This document shows, piece after piece, positions 39,822 to 49,401 of a stretch of DNA of 64,000 bases. How positions within the stretch are numbered: the first letter of the stretch is position 1; each line of letters begins with the position of its first letter. The DNA is from Acidimicrobiia bacterium (GTDB taxonomy: Bacteria > Actinomycetota > Acidimicrobiia > Spongiisociales > UBA11373): positions 192,418 to 256,417 of the forward strand of contig JBBDMM010000006.1 of assembly GCA_040878325.1 (NCBI GenBank), given 5' to 3'. The notes below the pieces were generated by a model. It did no database searches, had not been told where the DNA came from, and saw nothing but the letters and a program-made list of their open reading frames with translations. The position numbers and the translations under genes are program-made.

Positions 39822-40270
39822 TGGACGTCCTTGGATTGGGGATCGCGCTGGTAGCCCTGGCGCTCGCCGTTGTTGCGCTCGTCTCGCTGGGTAAGGAGCG
39901 GCGGCGTTACGCGTCGATCCCCCGTGATGGAAACCTCCTCGAATCGATCCGCGGATTCGACGAGGATCTGGCGAATGTCGAGGCCGCTGTCGCCCGCCTT
40001 GGGCCGCTGGTGAAGTCGTTGGCCGAGCGGATGCCGGGTGCGCTCCGGTACGCCGCGGTGGTCACCTTCGATGCCCAGGACGAGCGCACCGGTCACCTGT
40101 CACGGTCGATCGCCCTCCTCAACGAGCGGCGCGACGGCCTGGTCATCACCTTGCTCCATGGGCCCCGCCAGACCCTCTTCTTCACCAAGATGATCAGCGA
40201 CGGCCAGGGCACCGAGCCCTTGTCGCCTGAGGAGCAGGCAGCGGTAGAGCGAGCCCTGGGGGGGCAGTAG
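39821..40270 (+). CDS. DUF4446-like protein
   Basis: N-terminal TM; FDA...GHLSRSIALL...DGLVIT...LSPEEQAA. Confidence 0.75.
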   Translation: MDVLGLGIALVALALAVVALVSLGKERRRYASIPRDGNLLESIRGFDEDLANVEAAVARLGPLVKSLAERMPGALRYAAVVTFDAQDERTGHLSRSIALLNERRDGLVITLLHGPRQTLFFTKMISDGQGTEPLSPEEQAAVERALGGQ

Positions 40271-40395
40271 GCCGAGCTTCGCTCGGCCCTGCGATTGGCG
40301 ATTGGCGATTGGCAAGAACGCAGAGCGACTTTTCTGGGTCTTCTCTTTTCTTGCGGGAGACGGGAGGTGGAGGCGGTCGCTCTACCATCTGACGC

Positions 40396-41682
40396 ATGCT
40401 TGATGTCGCCCTGCTTCGCAATGATCCCGAGGGGTTGGCCGAGTCGTTTCGGCGTCGCGGACTGACGATCGACGTGACGGCGCTGGTCGTTCTCGATCAG
40501 GAACGACGAGCGGCACGGGTCCACGCCGAGGAACTGCGGGCCGAACAGAACCGAGCCGGCAAGGAAATCGCGGGCCTGTCCGGACCCGACAAGCAGAAGG
40601 CGATCGACGCGGTGGCGGTGCTCGCCGAGAACTACAAGGCCGCCCTGGGCACCGCCGACGAGCTCGATGCACGGTTCGAGGGGCTGTGGACACCCCTTCC
40701 GAATCCGCCCCATGAGTCGGCTCCCATCGGTGCCGGCGAGGAAGACAACGTCGAGATCAGCAGGTGGGGCGAGGCTCCATCGTTCGGGTTCGAGCCGAAG
40801 GACCATGTCGATCTCGGTGAGGCGCTGGGTATCATCGATATCGAGCGCGCCGTCAAGGTGTCCGGTTCGCGGTTCGCGTACCTCAAGGGCGCCGCGGTCC
40901 TGCTGGAGTTCGGCCTGGTGCAGTGGGCGATGGGGCGTCTCATCGCCGAGGGCTTCGTACCGGTGATCCCCCCGGTGCTTGTGCGCGACACCGCGCTGTT
41001 CGGCACGGGGTTCTTTCCGGGCGCTCGCGACCAGGTGTACGCGGTGGGGGCGAGCGGTCCGGACGGGCAGTTGACCGAGAGCGACGACCTCTACCTCGTT
41101 GGCACCTCGGAGGTCCCTCTGGCCGGCATGCACTACGACGAGATTTTCGAGTCCGCCGATCTGCCCATCAGGTACGCCGGCTTCTCCACGTGCTTCCGCC
41201 GCGAGGCGGGCACGTACGGCAAGGACACTCGGGGGATGTTCCGGGTGCATCAGTTCGACAAGGTCGAGATGTTCTCGTTCGTTCACCCCGACGACTCTTG
41301 GGCCGAGCACGAACGGATCCTCGGCATCGAGGAGTCGCTGGTACGCGAACTGGGCATCCCCTACCGGGTGGTGAATGTCTCGACCGGCGACCTCGGCGAC
41401 TCGGCTGCCAAGAAGTACGACCTCGAAGCCTGGTTCCCCGGCCAGGGGGCGTACCGCGAGATCACCTCGTGCTCGAACACCACCGATTACCAGGCGAGGC
41501 GGCTGAAGATCCGATACCGGTCTGGTTCCGGTACCGATTTCGTCCACACCCTCAACGGGACCGCAGTGGCCGTCGGTCGCATGCTGATCGCCATTCTCGA
41601 GAACTTCCAGCAGGAGGACGGATCGGTGATCGTTCCGGAGGTGCTTCGCCCCGCGCTGGGCACCGACCGGCTCGCGCCGTGA
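40396..41682 (+). CDS. serS: serine--tRNA ligase
   Basis: GTSEVPL, CFRREAG, RVHQFDKVE, EITSCSN, HTLNGT. Confidence 0.97.
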   Translation: MLDVALLRNDPEGLAESFRRRGLTIDVTALVVLDQERRAARVHAEELRAEQNRAGKEIAGLSGPDKQKAIDAVAVLAENYKAALGTADELDARFEGLWTPLPNPPHESAPIGAGEEDNVEISRWGEAPSFGFEPKDHVDLGEALGIIDIERAVKVSGSRFAYLKGAAVLLEFGLVQWAMGRLIAEGFVPVIPPVLVRDTALFGTGFFPGARDQVYAVGASGPDGQLTESDDLYLVGTSEVPLAGMHYDEIFESADLPIRYAGFSTCFRREAGTYGKDTRGMFRVHQFDKVEMFSFVHPDDSWAEHERILGIEESLVRELGIPYRVVNVSTGDLGDSAAKKYDLEAWFPGQGAYREITSCSNTTDYQARRLKIRYRSGSGTDFVHTLNGTAVAVGRMLIAILENFQQEDGSVIVPEVLRPALGTDRLAP

Positions 41683-42308
41683 GCAGCCGGGAGATCTTTT
41701 CTCGAATTGCACGCCGCTACGACCGCCTCAACCGCGTGCTTTCGCTCGGCAAGGACGACGATTGGCGGCGCACCGCGATCGCTCACCTGCCACCGGGGCG
41801 GGTGCTCGACCTGGGCGCCGGCACCGGTGCCGCCAACCCCGACCTGCGTGACCGCCAGATAATCGCCCTCGACCCGGCACCGGAGATGCTCGGCCTCAAC
41901 CCGACGGAGTTGCGGGTGGTCGGCAAGGGGGAGGCGCTGCCGTTTCCCGACGGGTCGTTCGACGGGGTGTTCTCGGCGTACGTGTTCCGCAACCTCGACT
42001 CGGTGCCGGCGACCCTCGAGGAGATCGCCCGGGTGCTCCGCCCCGGCGGCGTGGCCGCCATCGTCGATCTGGGGAGGCCCGAAGGACGGGTGAAGCGAGC
42101 GCTCCACACGATGGGCACCGCCGTGGTTCTGCCCGTCGCCGGAGCCGCCGTCGGCGCGGTCGGCGAGTACCGCTACCTGCACCGGAGCCTGGGGAGCCTC
42201 CCTCAACCCGAGGTGCTCTACGCCGACGCACCACTGACGCTGGAGAAGGTGTGGAGGATGGGCCCGATGGGGTTCGTCTACGGAGTGGTGCTGAAGAAGC
42301 CTCATTGA
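41679..42308 (+). CDS. UbiE/MenG-like SAM-dependent methyltransferase
   Basis: FSRIARRYDRLNRVLSLG, VLDLGAGTG, LPFPDGSFD, RVLRPGG. Confidence 0.85.
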   Translation: MSSREIFSRIARRYDRLNRVLSLGKDDDWRRTAIAHLPPGRVLDLGAGTGAANPDLRDRQIIALDPAPEMLGLNPTELRVVGKGEALPFPDGSFDGVFSAYVFRNLDSVPATLEEIARVLRPGGVAAIVDLGRPEGRVKRALHTMGTAVVLPVAGAAVGAVGEYRYLHRSLGSLPQPEVLYADAPLTLEKVWRMGPMGFVYGVVLKKPH

Positions 42309-42429
42309 CGCTCGGCTGCGAAAGGCGAAGAGCGAGAGGCGAAACCCGTAGGTCGGCGGTCGGGGCTTGCACGTCGCAATGGCTGCCGCGAGGAATCCTC
42401 AACTCTCGCGCGTCAGTTAGCCTCGGATC

Positions 42430-42700
42430 GATCGTGCTAGGCGGGGCGCTAGGGGTGCCTTGAACCCGAAATCCTCTTTACGCGGGGCCGAATCCCCGCC
42501 TGAGGGTGCTCGATGGTTGGGTCAGCGCCGGATACGTGGTGTTGAAGGCCGGGTCCTACGCGGCGGGAAACTGGTGAATCGGGTCAGATCCGGAAGGAAG
42601 CAGCCCTAAGCGGGTGACCCGGGTGCCGTAGGGCAGCCTGGCTGGAGCCGGCGACCCGGAACGCGCCGGTTGTCGACACTCGAAGGCGGGGCGCACGATC
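42430..42700 (+). ncRNA. ffs: signal recognition particle RNA, large (Alu-containing) type
   Basis: Helix-8 motif GGTCAGATCCGGAAGGAAGCAGCC; terminal stem GATCGTGC/GCACGATC spanning about 270 nt. Confidence 0.9.
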
Positions 42701-42722
42701 ATCGCGGCTGCAGCCGGAGGAA

Positions 42723-43394
42723 TCAGCCGGAGAGGTCCTTGTCCTCCATCTCCCACGCGTGATCCATGACGTGATACGCGCTGTGGCGGATCAAGAACGG
42801 TAGGTTCCAACTGCGCATCCTTCTGCCCTCGCCTGCGTTGTACGCATGCATCGCCTCGACGTAGTTGGTCCGGTGGTTGCGCAGCCCGGCGGGGGTGAGG
42901 GCCGCCTCTTCCGGTATTCGCAACCCCACCTGCTTGGCGAAGCTCTCACTCTCGTTGCGCACCGTGTGACGGATGATCCGGTCGCGATCACGGCCACCGC
43001 CGCGCGGGCCCTTCTGCAATTCCGCAGACACGGTCGCCGCCAACTTGTCGAAGTACGCCCAGCAGGCCTGCACCAACTTGATCTTGCGGTCCATCTCCCT
43101 GGCAGTCATCGGCTCGGTTTCGGTGGCGGAGGGGGAGAAGGAGATACCCCAGAAGTCGGTCGAGGGGGTGCCGATCTTGTCCTCGATCACCTCGAGGCGA
43201 GCGCCCTCCCGGGTGAACCGGTTCCCCATGCCGGCGGCCACGGCGACCGGGCGATAGCGCTCGCGGTAGGACGCGAGGAACTCGACCGCCATCTCGGGCG
43301 TCTTCGCCCCCCGGCTCCATCCCGGCCAATCGACGGCGAAGGCAACCGCCTTCTTGCCCTTGGGCCCACGCTCGAGAAAGATCCGGACCGGCAT
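42723..43394 (-). CDS. conserved hypothetical protein (DinB-like C-terminus)
   Basis: DWPGWSR, KGPRGGGRDRDRIIRH, HSAYHVMDHAWEMED. Confidence 0.75.
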   Translation of the reverse strand: MPVRIFLERGPKGKKAVAFAVDWPGWSRGAKTPEMAVEFLASYRERYRPVAVAAGMGNRFTREGARLEVIEDKIGTPSTDFWGISFSPSATETEPMTAREMDRKIKLVQACWAYFDKLAATVSAELQKGPRGGGRDRDRIIRHTVRNESESFAKQVGLRIPEEAALTPAGLRNHRTNYVEAMHAYNAGEGRRMRSWNLPFLIRHSAYHVMDHAWEMEDKDLSG

Positions 43395-43905
43395 GGGATC
43401 GATGATCGGGTCGGTCCGCGGCAGTTGTCAACCGTCGACCCCGCGAGGTTGCGTGCGTGCCAGCGAACCTGGAGGAAGGACTTCGACTTCCTGTTCGAGA
43501 GACCCTCCGAGCACTCGAGCCGTTGAGGACATCGCTGTCCCCTCCGCCAGCGTTCGTAAATGTCACCCGAGGCTTCAGGGCACAACGCAGGGCCTCGGCC
43601 AGCGTACGTAAATGTCACTAGAGCTTGAGACACACCGGTCGAGGCGAAGGGCTCCCGGGGAGGGGGGCGCTCAGGTTGGGTGGTCACTAGAAGCCTGGAC
43701 CCAGGGGCCACTCTCCAAGAACGCTACCCGGTCTGAGCGCCTCCCTCCGTCCATCTCCCCCTCCGGGTGAGGAAACAAGACCCTCGGCCAGTGTCGCGAG
43801 AGCACATGGGAGTCGACCTGGGCAGATGCCTGTAACTTGGAATGACACGCATGAAATCCAAGTTTCAGCACTGGAACTACCAATAACTGAGCTAGAGTCC
43901 AAGTT

Positions 43906-45096
43906 GTGTACGACCTGAGTAGTTCACCCATTGGGCGGACGGTACGCATCCGGGGTCACGACCATCGGTTTGACGAGGACTATGACCTCGACGCATACCT
44001 GCCCGACCCCCTGCCGGAGCGGGTGCCGATCGGCACCCAAACCTGGGTGGCGATCAGCGATGCAATGGCGGAGCTGGGCCGACTTGACGCGGCGTCTCCG
44101 CAAGTCCCAAACCCGACGCTCGTGTCGAAATTCACCACACGTCTCGAAGCCGTGGGAACATCAGCTCTTGAAGGTACGTACGCCGACCTCTCTGAGGTGT
44201 TTGCAGCGGAGGCGGCTGAGACCGAGATTCGCCCTGATGTGGTCCCGCAGCGTGTCCGAGAGGTGCTGAATTACGCGCGGGCCGCCGAGTTGGGCCATGC
44301 CGCTGTCCACGAGCAGCCAATCAGCCGGGGCCTCCTCTCCAATCTCCAGGCTGTCATCGTGCGAGGTACTGACTCGGACGGGACGGAAGCCGGAGCCATC
44401 AGAACGTCGCAGGTATTCATCGGCCCCCGGAATCGGCCGATCACCGAAGCCCGGTTCATCCCACCACCGCCTGGCGATCAGCTTGAGGCTCTCGTTGACG
44501 ACTGGATCTCGTGGATCGAAGGAGACAGGAGCGCATTGGTCCAAGTGCTGGCACGTGTGGCCGTAGCACATTACCAATTCGAGACAATCCACCCTTATCA
44601 CGACGGGAACGGCCGTGTCGGACGCCTCGCAGCGGCCCTCCAACTGCGCCGGTCGGGAGTGATCGGGACACCCGTCCTCGCAATCTCGCCGTGGCTCAAG
44701 GACCACGAGGATGCCTACAAGGACGGACTCCTCGCCGTGAGTGTGACTGGCGACTGGGAGCCGTGGGTCGCCTTCTTCGCCCAGGCGCTGATCGCTGCCA
44801 GTAGCCAAGCCCGAGCACGCATCGACCGCCTTGTCGAACTGAGAAAACAACTGTCCGAGACCGCCCGGACGCGGATTCCGCGGGGCCGACTTGCCGTGGA
44901 CATTGCCGACGACTTAATCGAGTACCCGATCCTTTCAGTAGCCGACGCGGAGGCGAGATACCAGAAGACCAATCAGGCCGCGCGCAACGCGATCGCCAAG
45001 CTCGTTGAGGTGGGGCTGCTTGAGGAGTACGGCAACGCGTCGTACGGCCGCCTGTATTGGAATCCGCGCGTGTTCAGCTCGGTGGGATCAACCTAG
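43906..45096 (+). CDS. Fic family protein (cassette)
   Basis: HYQFETIHPYHDGNGRVGR Fic motif; TSALEG inhibitory-type motif; C-terminal HTH-like segment. Confidence 0.92.
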   Translation: MYDLSSSPIGRTVRIRGHDHRFDEDYDLDAYLPDPLPERVPIGTQTWVAISDAMAELGRLDAASPQVPNPTLVSKFTTRLEAVGTSALEGTYADLSEVFAAEAAETEIRPDVVPQRVREVLNYARAAELGHAAVHEQPISRGLLSNLQAVIVRGTDSDGTEAGAIRTSQVFIGPRNRPITEARFIPPPPGDQLEALVDDWISWIEGDRSALVQVLARVAVAHYQFETIHPYHDGNGRVGRLAAALQLRRSGVIGTPVLAISPWLKDHEDAYKDGLLAVSVTGDWEPWVAFFAQALIAASSQARARIDRLVELRKQLSETARTRIPRGRLAVDIADDLIEYPILSVADAEARYQKTNQAARNAIAKLVEVGLLEEYGNASYGRLYWNPRVFSSVGST

Positions 45097-45171
45097 GGGT
45101 GTGATCCCACGCCCTCGGCCAGCGTACGTAAATGTCACCCGAGGTATGGGAGCCATGGCAAGGGGGCCCCT

Positions 45172-45891
45172 TCAGGGACGTATCTCAACCATCAGGTCAT
45201 GGGGAGCCACCTGGAAGGTGTCGTCGAGTCTGATGGCGATTGCCTCGGCTAGCTCGGAGGCGGTAGTGAACGACGATCCGGGGTAATCAACGACGAGGAG
45301 TTCGAGACGTTGCGTTCCGGGTTCGATGCTGAGGGTCAGCTGGGAGTATCCCAGTTCCTTCACGGTGTCGACCACAGCTCGTTTCAGAGTCTTCAAGTCC
45401 TCGTTGGAATACCTCATCCCCCCCTGCAGCTGAATACCGGAAACACCAGCACTACCCACCAACGAGACCACCTCAGGGGGCACTTCACCCTTGAAGTAGA
45501 TCGTGGCCGTGCCAGGATTGAACCGGTCCAGCGCCGCACCCGCGAATTGGGACAGCACGATGTCCTCGGGAATGCGATTGAGGAGATCGCCGAAGGCGAT
45601 CTGGTAATCCAGCTGCTGACGAACAACGTCAAACGGCATACCGAACTGCTTGGCAATTTGAGCGGCGTCATGGTCGAGAGCCTCGGACTCAGTCAGAGAC
45701 GGTTCGTCCTCGATGGGCGAGGGTCGAGTGACGGGTCCCGCATGGCCGGCGACAGGAGTCGTTGTCGGCGCGGGGAGCGTCGTCACAGCTTCTCGGGATG
45801 TGGTGGTGGTCGGTCCCGTAACTGGTGAGCTGCAGGCGCTGGCTAGAGCGATCACAGAGGCGACTAGAGCCCAGCGCGGAGACATCACCAA
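45172..45891 (-). CDS. putative lipoprotein (cassette)
   Basis: Lipobox LASAC followed by a Thr/Pro linker. Confidence 0.7.
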   Translation of the reverse strand: MVMSPRWALVASVIALASACSSPVTGPTTTTSREAVTTLPAPTTTPVAGHAGPVTRPSPIEDEPSLTESEALDHDAAQIAKQFGMPFDVVRQQLDYQIAFGDLLNRIPEDIVLSQFAGAALDRFNPGTATIYFKGEVPPEVVSLVGSAGVSGIQLQGGMRYSNEDLKTLKRAVVDTVKELGYSQLTLSIEPGTQRLELLVVDYPGSSFTTASELAEAIAIRLDDTFQVAPHDLMVEIRP

Positions 45892-46144
45892 ATCCTACAA
45901 GGCCGGTCGATCAACGAGCACGTGCGCTCCGAGCGCGGGGGTGGTTGTGGCCTCTTCCGCCGGACGGGCCACTCAAGTTCTTCGCGGCCTGGCCGGCGCA
46001 CGGGATCGTCGAGACCAGCGCCGAGATCGACGGGGCTGAGCTACGCCAACGTGCAGCCCAGGCCGAGGTCGTCTGGGGGCGCTGACCGTCCCTTCAGCCA
46101 GCGTCCGTAAATGTCACCCGAGGAGCTGGACAGCAGTCTCCCGA

Positions 46145-46366
46145 CTACCGCCAAAAACGATGGACCGCGAAGAACCCGAGCCACACCACGAACGCGGTCG
46201 CGATCGCGGAGGCGGGCGCGAACCCCCCTCCGCACGGGACGACGTAACCGAGGATCGAGTAGCACTCGGGCGGGAACGGGTCGATCCCCGACCATGGCAA
46301 CAGGAGCACCAGCACGACGAGCCCTGCTACAAGTGGAAAGATGATGCGGACCCTTTTCCCGGACAT
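46145..46366 (-). CDS. small two-TM protein (cassette)
   Basis: 73 aa, two TMs around a loop with two Cys; GGAGG RBS upstream; fills a 279-bp inter-repeat unit. Confidence 0.7.
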   Translation of the reverse strand: MSGKRVRIIFPLVAGLVVLVLLLPWSGIDPFPPECYSILGYVVPCGGGFAPASAIATAFVVWLGFFAVHRFWR

Positions 46367-46435
46367 CTGACACCTCCGCCGCACCTCACGGTAGGGGCGC
46401 CCCCTCGGCCAGCGTACGTAAATGTCATCAGAGGA

Positions 46436-46807
46436 CTAGGGCTGAACGAAGTATGCCAGTCCCACATCATGCCCACACCAGTCCCACAGGGTCTCCATGA
46501 GATCGGCGCTGGACCACGAGGAACCCTGACCCGCCAGTGATGCGTCGAGTTCCGCGATGACCGCGTCCAGCTTGGGCGCAACCGTGGCGCGGTCGCTTTC
46601 AATGAGACTCTCCGCCAGTGTCCCTACCTCGATCAGCATGGCGCGATACTTGGCCACCCCTGCGTCCCGAGTCAGATCGAGACCCTCCGCTGGCCGGAGA
46701 GCCGCCTGCGTATCAGCACAGAGGGAGCCTCGGGCCGTGTCTCCACCGCAGGCGTGAGCGCTGATTGCGATCCCCAAGAGCAGGACCCGGAGCTTCATGG
46801 CGGACAT
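46436..46807 (-). CDS. putative lipoprotein (cassette)
   Basis: Signal peptide ending SAHAC; stop codon 1 bp from the repeat. Confidence 0.65.
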   Translation of the reverse strand: MSAMKLRVLLLGIAISAHACGGDTARGSLCADTQAALRPAEGLDLTRDAGVAKYRAMLIEVGTLAESLIESDRATVAPKLDAVIAELDASLAGQGSSWSSADLMETLWDWCGHDVGLAYFVQP

Positions 46808-46909
46808 TGTGGTCCGACCTAGGAGCACTCCAACAGCACAGCGGATCTCCTCGCCTACAGGACCGCGATCAGATGTGCCTTCTCCACTGTCGGCCAGCGT
46901 TCGTAAATG

Positions 46910-48067
46910 TCATCCGAGCGGTGGTCGCACGATGGTCGTCACCCCGGGGATGGGGACCCTCTCGATGGCGTCGTTAGCGAGATCGATAACCATCGCTGGC
47001 AGGTGGACAGACCTGTCCCCAAACAGACGAACCAGGTTGACGACTATCTGGGTGTCCGATGCATGGATCTGCCTGACGTAGATCGGCTCCTCGGCAACCA
47101 GTAGTCGTCGCCGTTCTTTTCGGTTCTCGGTGTCGTAGATCACGAGCTCGGTCACCGTGTGTCGTGAGTCGGACTCGGTGTAGGCGATCAGGGGTGTTCC
47201 GGGGAGAGTGGTCACGGTGCCGAGGCAATTGCTCAGCCGTGGGTCGTCCCGACAGGGCGTACCTCGGGGAACTGGGTTCACCAAGAAGAACGGGTCGAGG
47301 AACCCGAATCCGGCATCCCAACCTTCAAGCCAGGCTTCCGCATCGTTTTCGATCGCCACTATGAACCGTCCGGGTCCCGGCGGCTCCTGCCACCCCACGC
47401 CGGTGATGTTCTCCTCGTTGGGGGGAGCGGGTCTCGGCCAGGGGAAGACATGTCCAAGCGGTGTAATCCAAAGCTCATCGGAGCCGGCAACGGGGTCCAC
47501 AACCAGCATGGGTGTGACCCCGAAACCAGGGTCCTCGGTGGCTGCGCCCCTCATCACCTCCACCGCGTAGAGAGTGAGGGTGCCCTCGGGCCCTTCGAGG
47601 CTGTCCCCGCCTGAGTCGAGCATCACGACCAGGGTTCCATCCGGCTGGAGCCGCCACATGGTGCCTCCGCCACCGCTCTGGCGGTCGGGCCACCGGTCCG
47701 GGAATAGATCCGGGTGGGGCGTCACGAAGACAATGGCCCCTGACTCGTCGGCGAAGGCGATCTCCACGGGAGAGGAGACAGGGCGGGAGACGACAGCCCC
47801 CTCCCGTACCACCCGAACACCGTGGATGCTGGAGACCAGGAAATCCCCGGGTTGAAGCGACCAGCCCTCCGACACCAGGGGGGTCTCGGGAAGCGATGAA
47901 GGTGGCGGCAGAGTGGCCGGCGGAACCGTCGTCGTGGCCGGCGGGTAGGTCGTCGCTCCGGCAGTCGTCGAGCTGACCAAAGGACCGGTGGTCGCCGATG
48001 GCCCCGAGGTGCACGCGCCGACCAGAACGACGGCGACGAACGTGGCGGCCATGCCTGAGCGCACCAT
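46910..48067 (-). CDS. putative lipoprotein (cassette)
   Basis: Lipobox LVGAC, Thr/Pro linker, beta-rich body; TGA stop lies inside the repeat. Confidence 0.75.
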   Translation of the reverse strand: MVRSGMAATFVAVVLVGACTSGPSATTGPLVSSTTAGATTYPPATTTVPPATLPPPSSLPETPLVSEGWSLQPGDFLVSSIHGVRVVREGAVVSRPVSSPVEIAFADESGAIVFVTPHPDLFPDRWPDRQSGGGGTMWRLQPDGTLVVMLDSGGDSLEGPEGTLTLYAVEVMRGAATEDPGFGVTPMLVVDPVAGSDELWITPLGHVFPWPRPAPPNEENITGVGWQEPPGPGRFIVAIENDAEAWLEGWDAGFGFLDPFFLVNPVPRGTPCRDDPRLSNCLGTVTTLPGTPLIAYTESDSRHTVTELVIYDTENRKERRRLLVAEEPIYVRQIHASDTQIVVNLVRLFGDRSVHLPAMVIDLANDAIERVPIPGVTTIVRPPLG

Positions 48068-48170
48068 CGAATCGTACGGCCGCTAGCGCGGCTCGTGGGC
48101 CGGCGACCAGGTAATAGAGACGCCCCCTCGGCCAGCGTGCGGGAATGTCATCCGAGGCGGCGAACTCACC

Positions 48171-48512
48171 TCAGTGAAGGTCGTTGAACCAGGTGCTCGG
48201 TGACGAGGAGTGATGTCCGATGAATCCGCTGGACGTCGGAACCGGTCCGCCCATCAAGTAGCCGGTCGAGGTCACCGTGAGTGCATAGAGGTTGTAGTTG
48301 AAGACCCGCGGGGCATCCTTCGGATCGATCCGCTCCGCAACGAGCGCACCTTGGTTGGGGTCGAAAGCCATCCGGGGGAAGAGCGACGTGTTCCTGGCCC
48401 ACGGCGGTCGACACGTCGTGGGAACGAGCATCGCCGCCGTCGAGGTGGGGATAGCCATTTCGGTGGATGTGTAGTTCGTCATCGTCCCGCTACGTCTGTG
48501 GGGCATGCCCAC
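48171..48512 (-). CDS. hypothetical protein (cassette)
   Basis: 113-aa ORF filling a 398-bp inter-repeat unit. Confidence 0.5.
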   Translation of the reverse strand: MGMPHRRSGTMTNYTSTEMAIPTSTAAMLVPTTCRPPWARNTSLFPRMAFDPNQGALVAERIDPKDAPRVFNYNLYALTVTSTGYLMGGPVPTSSGFIGHHSSSPSTWFNDLH

Positions 48513-48765
48513 TGTACGGCATGGTCGGCGCGCTGGTCATGGTGTCGATCGCCGCCCTCGGCCAGCGTACGTAAATGTCATCCGAGGCTTCAGGGCACAA
48601 CGCAGGGCCTCGGCCAGCGTCCGTAAATGTCACCCGACAAGATCAGGGCACTGGGCACACCCTCCGTCAGCGTTCGTTAGTGACACCTGACTTCGGGACA
48701 CGCCGCGGGCGTACCATGGTTGTTGCCCGTTGCGCCGACCCCTCGAAGGAGGCAGGCTGGCGGCC

Positions 48766-49335
48766 ATGATTGAAGAGGCGTTCTGCGCACTGATCCGCAA
48801 CCGATCCATCGAGAATCAGACGGCGATGGGTCGCGTGGGTCATGCGCCGGTAGCTCTGAGCCCCACGTTCTCGATCATTCGTCAAGAGCTGGACTCGATG
48901 ATTCGAGTCATCTACTTGCTCAATGTCGAAGACTTGGAGGTGCGGCGAGACCTAATGCGGATGACCGTTGAGGGGGAGACGTGGAGCGTGAGGACGACAC
49001 GGGGGCGGGCGCGGAGAGTCACAGATCGCGACATGGTGGCACTTGCCGACCGCCTGCAAGGGTGGAGTGAAATCGTTTACAGGTTCGGCTGCGCGTTCGT
49101 GCATCTGTCCAACCTTCACGGATTGGACCCCGACGATCCCCTGGATCAGCTTCCCCCAACAGAGCGAGGCGACGTGCTCCGCTATCTGCGGAACTACCAC
49201 GGCGGACCTCAGCGCGACACGCCTGACCTGGAGGAGCTGGGGCGTTACCTCCCGCTCGTACTCTCGAAGATCAGCAGCAACCTGATGCACTATGTTCGCG
49301 ATCTTGAGGCTTCGAGCGTGTGGATCGATGAGTGA
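48766..49335 (+). CDS. hypothetical protein (cassette)
   Basis: AAGGAGG upstream; RQELDSMIRVIYLL...YRFGCAFVHLS; ends 7 bp before a repeat. Confidence 0.75.
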   Translation: MIEEAFCALIRNRSIENQTAMGRVGHAPVALSPTFSIIRQELDSMIRVIYLLNVEDLEVRRDLMRMTVEGETWSVRTTRGRARRVTDRDMVALADRLQGWSEIVYRFGCAFVHLSNLHGLDPDDPLDQLPPTERGDVLRYLRNYHGGPQRDTPDLEELGRYLPLVLSKISSNLMHYVRDLEASSVWIDE

Positions 49336-49401
49336 ACTCCTGCCTGGGCCAGCGTTCGAAATGTCACCCGAGAGAAATCGGTCTAGGTGGCGACTGGTCC
49401 G

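Larger units (their letters stand above)
43541..49373 (+). repeat. array of 11 direct 32-bp sites separating gene cassettes
   Basis: Consensus CCTCGGCCAGCGTACGTAAATGTCACCCGAGG at 43541, 43593, 45113, 46092, 46403, 46888, 48126, 48556, 48608, 48661 (degenerate) and 49343 (1-bp deletion). Confidence 0.95.

Noticed and set aside
40270..40313. Hairpin GGCCGAGC-TTC-GCTCGGCC and (GCGATTG)x3 before serS
   Set aside because: Short intergenic repeat and terminator-like stem with no evidence of further function.
45960..46085. Plus-strand coding-like fragment ending 6 bp before a repeat
   Set aside because: No convincing start; may be a truncated cassette remnant but cannot be supported as a gene.
43541..49373. 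CRISPR array interpretation of the 32-bp repeats
   Set aside because: Inter-repeat lengths range from 20 to about 1500 bp and contain whole genes; one short spacer is duplicated; no cas genes in the window.
43541..49373. Classical integron attC sites or dif/pdif sites
   Set aside because: No RYYYAAC...GTTRRRY long hairpins and no tyrosine integrase in the window. Only a partial resemblance (ATGTCA) to a XerD arm, so not called dif, though Xer action in trans is not excluded.
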